Origin: Oikopleura dioica
Taxonomy: Eukaryota > Animalia > Chordata
Reading direction: 5' to 3'
Assembly (NCBI GenBank): GCA_907165135.1
Contig: OU015569.1
Location: 2,790,001-2,854,000, forward strand
DNA: 64,000 nucleotides
A model generated the notes under the pieces. It was given only the letters and a program-made list of their open reading frames with translations. It was not told the DNA's origin and searched no databases. The translations under genes were made by a program, and so were the position numbers. Shown here one piece after another: positions 63,124-64,000 of the stretch (positions are counted from its first letter, which is position 1; every line of letters begins with the position of its first letter).

Positions 63124-64000
63124 TCAGGGAATAACTTCGCCACTGGGCAGCCAAGGCTCGCTCCCTCCGTGGAGCTTGATCACGTGAAGAACGGCCTGAA
63201 AAAGGGATCATAAACGAATCGAAGCGGGAAAAGGGATCTTACGTCCTCAATCTCCTCGATGGTGTCACCCGTCACTGAAGCGGTGAAGCAATCGGCGAAT
63301 TCGGCTGAGACCCGCTCGCCTTGCTGGATGATTTTGATACATGTGTCCTGTGTTAGTCTTTTATTCAGCTCTCTGAAGGACAAGGTCAGCCTAGAGAAAA
63401 GAAAAATGCGTGCTTACTGTAGCCATGCTATCTTCTCGTCCAGGACGTTCATGCCCCGGCGGTAGGCGAGTTTTGGCTTGATGTAAATTGCGATTGGGTA
63501 CATGCTCTTTTTCTGCAGCTCTGGAATGGCGTCTCCCCGGACGTCGAGAACGCAGTGAAGCCCTTTGCTCGAAACCGCCTTCACGGAATTGATTGAAGTC
63601 CTTAAAATACGATAATAAAAACATCGCTTATTATATAACCTAAAATCGAGTAGTTCTATAGAATGAAAAAGACGCATGAGGTGCGGATTCCTTTTTATTT
63701 TTTATTTGAGCGGGTCCTCGACTTTAAGACTACAAATGCTGTTATAAAAATAGAAGTTTGACCTTGACGAACATACCCGTAGAGGTTATCGTTGTGGATT
63801 CCGACTTCGAAAAAGAGCCCTAAATCTTTCTGGCGCTTCATTTCCTCCTTTCCGATAAAGTAGTAGCTTCCCACCGCGCCGTTAACCTCGTTCGCTCGTG
63901 GTGCTCTCGTAGTGTCTAAAAAGACGAAATAGACAACTTCAAAGGTGATTAGATTATTGTCTTCCCATACGATAAGAACGATAGTTCTTCTTTACTTCTT
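63124..64000 (-). CDS. DLG-type MAGUK, guanylate-kinase domain, 3' end only (continues beyond window)
   Basis: [20 protein letters not shown]|[35 protein letters not shown]...[18 protein letters not shown], ending [10 protein letters not shown]. Confidence 0.85.

Overview
This is a eukaryotic, intron-rich, very compact genome segment with no prokaryotic features or CRISPR. Many short introns (about 40-70 nt), GC-AG and GA-AG introns, and same-strand genes spaced about 75-250 bp apart with a splice-acceptor-like ...TTCAG/TTTAG just before the ATG point to an appendicularian tunicate such as Oikopleura (inference). Layout: (1) 1-5.4 kb, + strand cluster: Angel, GLRX5, PDHB, SMYD-like SET gene. 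(2) About 5.4-25 kb, gene-poor and transposon-rich: CDC42EP-like gene, tRNA-Glu(CTC), many copies of a palindromic CCTGAGTCAGG MITE, and three different TTAA-flanked elements stacked in one TTAA site. (3) 25-64 kb, minus-strand genes: SETD2, ECH1, PLK4 (with intronic tRNA-Ser), CHTOP-like, OCIAD1-like, 14-3-3, RASA1, PFDN4, ELOF1, RAB35, NOSIP, CHTF18, an orphan 398-aa ORF, ACL4-like TPR, AidB/ACDH-11-like acyl-CoA dehydrogenase, MRGBP-like, and the 3' end of a DLG-type MAGUK. The most notable observation is two near-identical 849-bp non-autonomous TIR elements inserted in coding exons of neighbouring genes. Their 8-bp GTnnnnAC target duplication supplies a GT donor and their CTAG terminus supplies an AG acceptor, so splicing could restore each ORF exactly. 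This is a candidate active introner (intron-generating transposon) family. An apparently older relic with similar ends forms the long first intron of the ACL4-like gene. Exon structures were deduced by eye and internal boundaries are provisional.
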